From Prasinococcaceae sp. CCMP 1430 (lineage: Eukaryota; Plantae; Prasinodermophyta): 7,829 nt of DNA. Every line of letters starts with the position of its first letter. The first letter of the stretch is position 1. The stretch lies in the NCBI GenBank assembly GCA_013416795.1, contig RQSC01000811.1, forward strand, positions 1-7,829. The letters are read 5' to 3'. Below, piece by piece: positions 5,569-7,829 of the stretch. The notes beneath the pieces were generated by a model. It was given only the letters and a program-made list of their open reading frames with translations. It was not told where the DNA came from and ran no database searches. The translations under genes were made by a program, and so were the position numbers.

Positions 5569-6345
5569 ATGTCCGCAAACGTCCACGAAACGGACGCGTC
5601 CACGTCCGCAAACGTCCGCACGGTGTCAGCAGACGCGGACGCTGGGACGTCCGCAAACGCCCGCGTGACGCCGGATGGCAGAAATTCGATCATCGACGTC
5701 ATCAAGGTTGCATGCTTTATGAACCCGGATGGCACGTTTATGGACAAAGCAAGCGCTAAGGCGTCCAATTACTTGATTAGGCTTCAAGCCATGCATGCGG
5801 AAGTGACGCGTCCTATCAGCTATTGGAAGTTTCCCGGTCCAGGCCAGCGAGACACGCCGGTGATCGATTTTGAAGGCCTGAAGAAGATTGTGTACCTTCT
5901 GCCGTGTGTTACCCACGAGTCTGCTGACAAGATCAAGAACGCTAAGGATGTCGACGAACTTCTGCGCATTTTCTCCAGTTCATCCAATGCAAAGAAGCGA
6001 AAGAGGTGGGGAGAGAAGGACGTGCAGGCCGACCTCGCGGATAAGCTGGGGGGGCAGCGAGAGGTGAAGTGCCGGGCCGGGCTCATTGACATACTGTGCC
6101 CCGATACCAAGCAACTCATCGAGGTGAAGGAGTTCGGTGGCGCCCTGGCCGGCATCGGCCAGCTTCTGGGGTACGCCCTCGACTACCCGACCTACACGAA
6201 GAGGCTGCATCTATTTCGCACCCCGGCCTCGCTCAACGTGACCGCAGAGAGGCTGCTGATATTCAAGGAGGTCTGCGACTTGCACAAGATCGAGCTGACC
6301 CTGGACGAAGGCATAGAGTTGCAGGACCCCAACATTGACTTGTGA
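5569..6345 (+). CDS. Gene C: truncated Bro-N-like domain fused to a PD-(D/E)XK-family nuclease domain
   Basis: The N-part RVTPDG...CFMNPDGT...WKFPGPGQRDTPV...LLP matches B and D. The C-part EKDVQADL...GGQREVKCRAGLIDIL...IEVKE...IGQLLGY shows the E...D...ExK catalytic triad plus the QxxxY motif of RecB/Mrr-like nucleases. Confidence 0.88.
   Translation: MSANVHETDASTSANVRTVSADADAGTSANARVTPDGRNSIIDVIKVACFMNPDGTFMDKASAKASNYLIRLQAMHAEVTRPISYWKFPGPGQRDTPVIDFEGLKKIVYLLPCVTHESADKIKNAKDVDELLRIFSSSSNAKKRKRWGEKDVQADLADKLGGQREVKCRAGLIDILCPDTKQLIEVKEFGGALAGIGQLLGYALDYPTYTKRLHLFRTPASLNVTAERLLIFKEVCDLHKIELTLDEGIELQDPNIDL
5571..5659 (+). repeat. Three in-frame copies of GTCCGCAAACG with interspersed palindromes at the 5' end of gene C
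   Basis: Copies at 5571-5581, 5604-5614 and 5649-5659 (spacings 33 and 45 nt). Perfect palindrome GGACGCGTCC at 5592-5601. CGTCCGC (5613-5619) pairs with GCGGACG (5635-5641). Confidence 0.8.
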
Positions 6346-6352
6346 ACTGGTG

Positions 6353-6386
6353 GCGCGCTTATATCAAAGGATAACATTTCTCTGCC
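6353..6386 (+). promoter_or_regulatory. Conserved 34-nt upstream element of gene D
   Basis: GCGCGCTTATATCAAAGGATAACATTTCTCTGCC is 30/34 identical to 3307..3340 and ends 17 nt before the ATG. Confidence 0.75.
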
Positions 6387-6403
6387 TAATGATATAGCTC
6401 AAC

Positions 6404-7321
6404 ATGTCTCAGGTGCTGGTCAACTACCTGCGACCGGTGCACGCTGTGCCGGATGGTGAGCCAGATCCGATTGCTGGCAAGATCCGCGTGACGCCGGATG
6501 GTGATATTTCGAAGCTAGACATGATCAAAGTGATGTGCTTTATGAACGAGGACGGGACGTTCAAAGCCGGGGCGGGCGGAAACGCCTGGGTGTACTTGTC
6601 GAGGCTTGAAAAGGAGTACCCAGAGCTTACTACTCTGGGTCGCAACTTCAAATTCCCCGGTCCCGGTCAGCGAGAGACGCCTGTCACCGACCGGCAGGGC
6701 ATCATCAAGATCATCCAGCTCCTGCCCGGCAAGAAGGCCGCCGCCTTCCGCCACTCCATGGCCGTGCTGCTGGAGAAGTACCTCGACGCCGACCCGGCGC
6801 TCATCCAGGACCTGCACGACCGGTACCGCGAAAAGACCGGCGAGGAGTTCGTGCCTCTCCCTCGCCAGCAAGTGATTGGGGCCCCTCGCATCAAGAGCTG
6901 CGAGAAGACAAAGCTGGACATGCGCGCCATCAAGGAGAGCAGCGCCAAGCCCGTGCCGCCCAGGGTGTACGCCATCGTCAACAATATCTCTAACAAGCTG
7001 GCGACAGGATATGAGCAGACTGCGGAATACCGCAAAGACCAGGGGCTCGTAAAGAAAAGCCAGGCCACTCGCGACACGTTCACGGACGGGATGTGCGGTC
7101 TATCGATATTCTTCCACGAGCAGCACCTGGACATGGTGTCTAAGGGGGGAGACCCCGAGAAGTCGGCGCTGTCCTTAGTGGAGACACTGGCACCCGCGCT
7201 GGCAAAAACAGGGATATACGAGAAGGCGCGCGAGTACCGCGGACCTGAGTTTGCAACACACAACAAGCGATTGATGATGGAGAATCAGGCATGGAACAGG
7301 GACAAGAGAATCAAGGCGTAA
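6404..7321 (+). CDS. Gene D: Bro-N-like (KFPG-QR-TPV) DNA-binding domain plus DinD-like C-terminal domain
   Basis: 305-aa ORF collinear with B over its full length (FKFPGPGQRETPVTDRQGIIKIIQLLPG; RIKSCEKTK...VYAIVNNISNKLATG...TRD). Confidence 0.92.
   Translation: MSQVLVNYLRPVHAVPDGEPDPIAGKIRVTPDGDISKLDMIKVMCFMNEDGTFKAGAGGNAWVYLSRLEKEYPELTTLGRNFKFPGPGQRETPVTDRQGIIKIIQLLPGKKAAAFRHSMAVLLEKYLDADPALIQDLHDRYREKTGEEFVPLPRQQVIGAPRIKSCEKTKLDMRAIKESSAKPVPPRVYAIVNNISNKLATGYEQTAEYRKDQGLVKKSQATRDTFTDGMCGLSIFFHEQHLDMVSKGGDPEKSALSLVETLAPALAKTGIYEKAREYRGPEFATHNKRLMMENQAWNRDKRIKA
6618..6649 (+). repeat. Two overlapping inverted repeats in the variable segment of gene D
   Basis: Perfect ACCCAGAG-CTTACTA-CTCTGGGT (6618-6640), plus a degenerate 27-nt dyad GAGCTTACTAC-TCTGG-GTCGCAACTTC (6623-6649; 7 Watson-Crick and 1 G-T of 11 pairs) centred as in A and B. 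Confidence 0.75.
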
Positions 7322-7409
7322 TTATGATAAAAGCCACTGAAATAATGTCACTCATTCATCATAAATCTTTTCATTGGGAGAATTATCTGTCAGAGTAGTA
7401 AACACGACA

Positions 7410-7829
7410 ATGAGATCACAATGCACGTCCGCTACGAGGCGAGGCACGCGCTGCAGACTGGCCGCGCTCTCCCACAGCAGATGCCACATCCACCGTGCCG
7501 CGTCTCACGGCATGCGAGCGAAAAAACAACCAAACGGCGCACCGGCCCGCTTTCGAGACTTCGAGTACGACGTGGACTTTAACCATTACGCAGATGCCGT
7601 CGAGGAGTCGAGGAGGCCGGTTCTTTTACGCAACGGTAGGCCTGCACCTGATTACGTAGCCCGACGTAGACGCCACCAGAACATTGACCGGTTAAGGGGC
7701 ACTAGGGACGACCTCGAAAATACCATGCTCGAGAATGACGATATGACTTATGAAGACTACTACAACGACGTGGTCGCCCTCGGAGATACGCTTATAGCCC
7801 CCCCTGAACCACCGTCCCCACCACCAACC
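7410..7829 (+). CDS. Protein with an N-terminal C-x9-C-x9-C-x2-H zinc finger of the giant-virus type; 3'-partial; absent from the ORF track
   Basis: 140 stop-free codons to the window edge: MRSQCTSATRRGTRCRLAALSHSRCHIHRAASHGMRAKKQPNGAPARFRDFEYDVDFNHYADAVEESRRPVLLRNGRPAPDYVARRRRHQNIDRLRGTRDDLENTMLENDDMTYEDYYNDVVALGDTLIAPPEPPSPPPT. It follows an AT-rich gap and has A at -3. Confidence 0.8.
   Translation, partial: MRSQCTSATRRGTRCRLAALSHSRCHIHRAASHGMRAKKQPNGAPARFRDFEYDVDFNHYADAVEESRRPVLLRNGRPAPDYVARRRRHQNIDRLRGTRDDLENTMLENDDMTYEDYYNDVVALGDTLIAPPEPPSPPPT

Noticed and set aside
5571-5659. CRISPR-like array from three 11-nt repeats
   Set aside because: Repeats too short, only three copies, spacers partly repetitive, all in frame within a CDS, and no cas genes.
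5212-5768. ORFs 5212..5532 (+), 5331..5759 (+) and 5529..5768 (-)
   Set aside because: Shadows of DVNP and gene C that cross an AT-rich divergent promoter gap.
1-7829. tRNA/rRNA genes, transposase, integrase, terminal inverted repeats or core virus hallmark genes (capsid, polymerase)
   Set aside because: None recognisable. The giant-virus assignment therefore rests on accessory genes, and free virus cannot be told from an endogenous element.

Overview
Compact, intron-poor, GC-rich DNA with short AT-rich intergenic gaps. It most likely comes from a giant eukaryotic DNA virus (Nucleocytoviricota) or an endogenised copy of one. Evidence: a DVNP-family nucleoprotein, a KilA-N protein, a MYND zinc finger, a U-box-like protein, a CCCH finger, a perfect Kozak GCCACCATG and AATAAA signals after stop codons. 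Eleven plausible genes were found, three of them missing from the ORF track (two edge-truncated genes and a 50-aa X-Pro microprotein). Five genes form a mix-and-match family of putative DNA-binding proteins. A (<1..595 -), B (3355..4266), C (5569..6345) and D (6404..7321) share a Bro-N-like 'KFPGxxQRxTPV' N-domain. A, B, D and the KilA-N gene E (1828..2862 -) share a C-terminal domain resembling that of DinD. C carries a PD-(D/E)XK nuclease instead. The most striking observation is at DNA level: the hypervariable 9-codon segment just before KFPG is encoded by an inverted repeat centred on the same base in A, B and (degenerately) D, although the arm sequences differ completely between paralogs. 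E has its own palindrome in the equivalent variable loop. Shared upstream dyad motifs and long 3' hairpins complete the picture. All family assignments come from motif recognition by eye; no searches were run.
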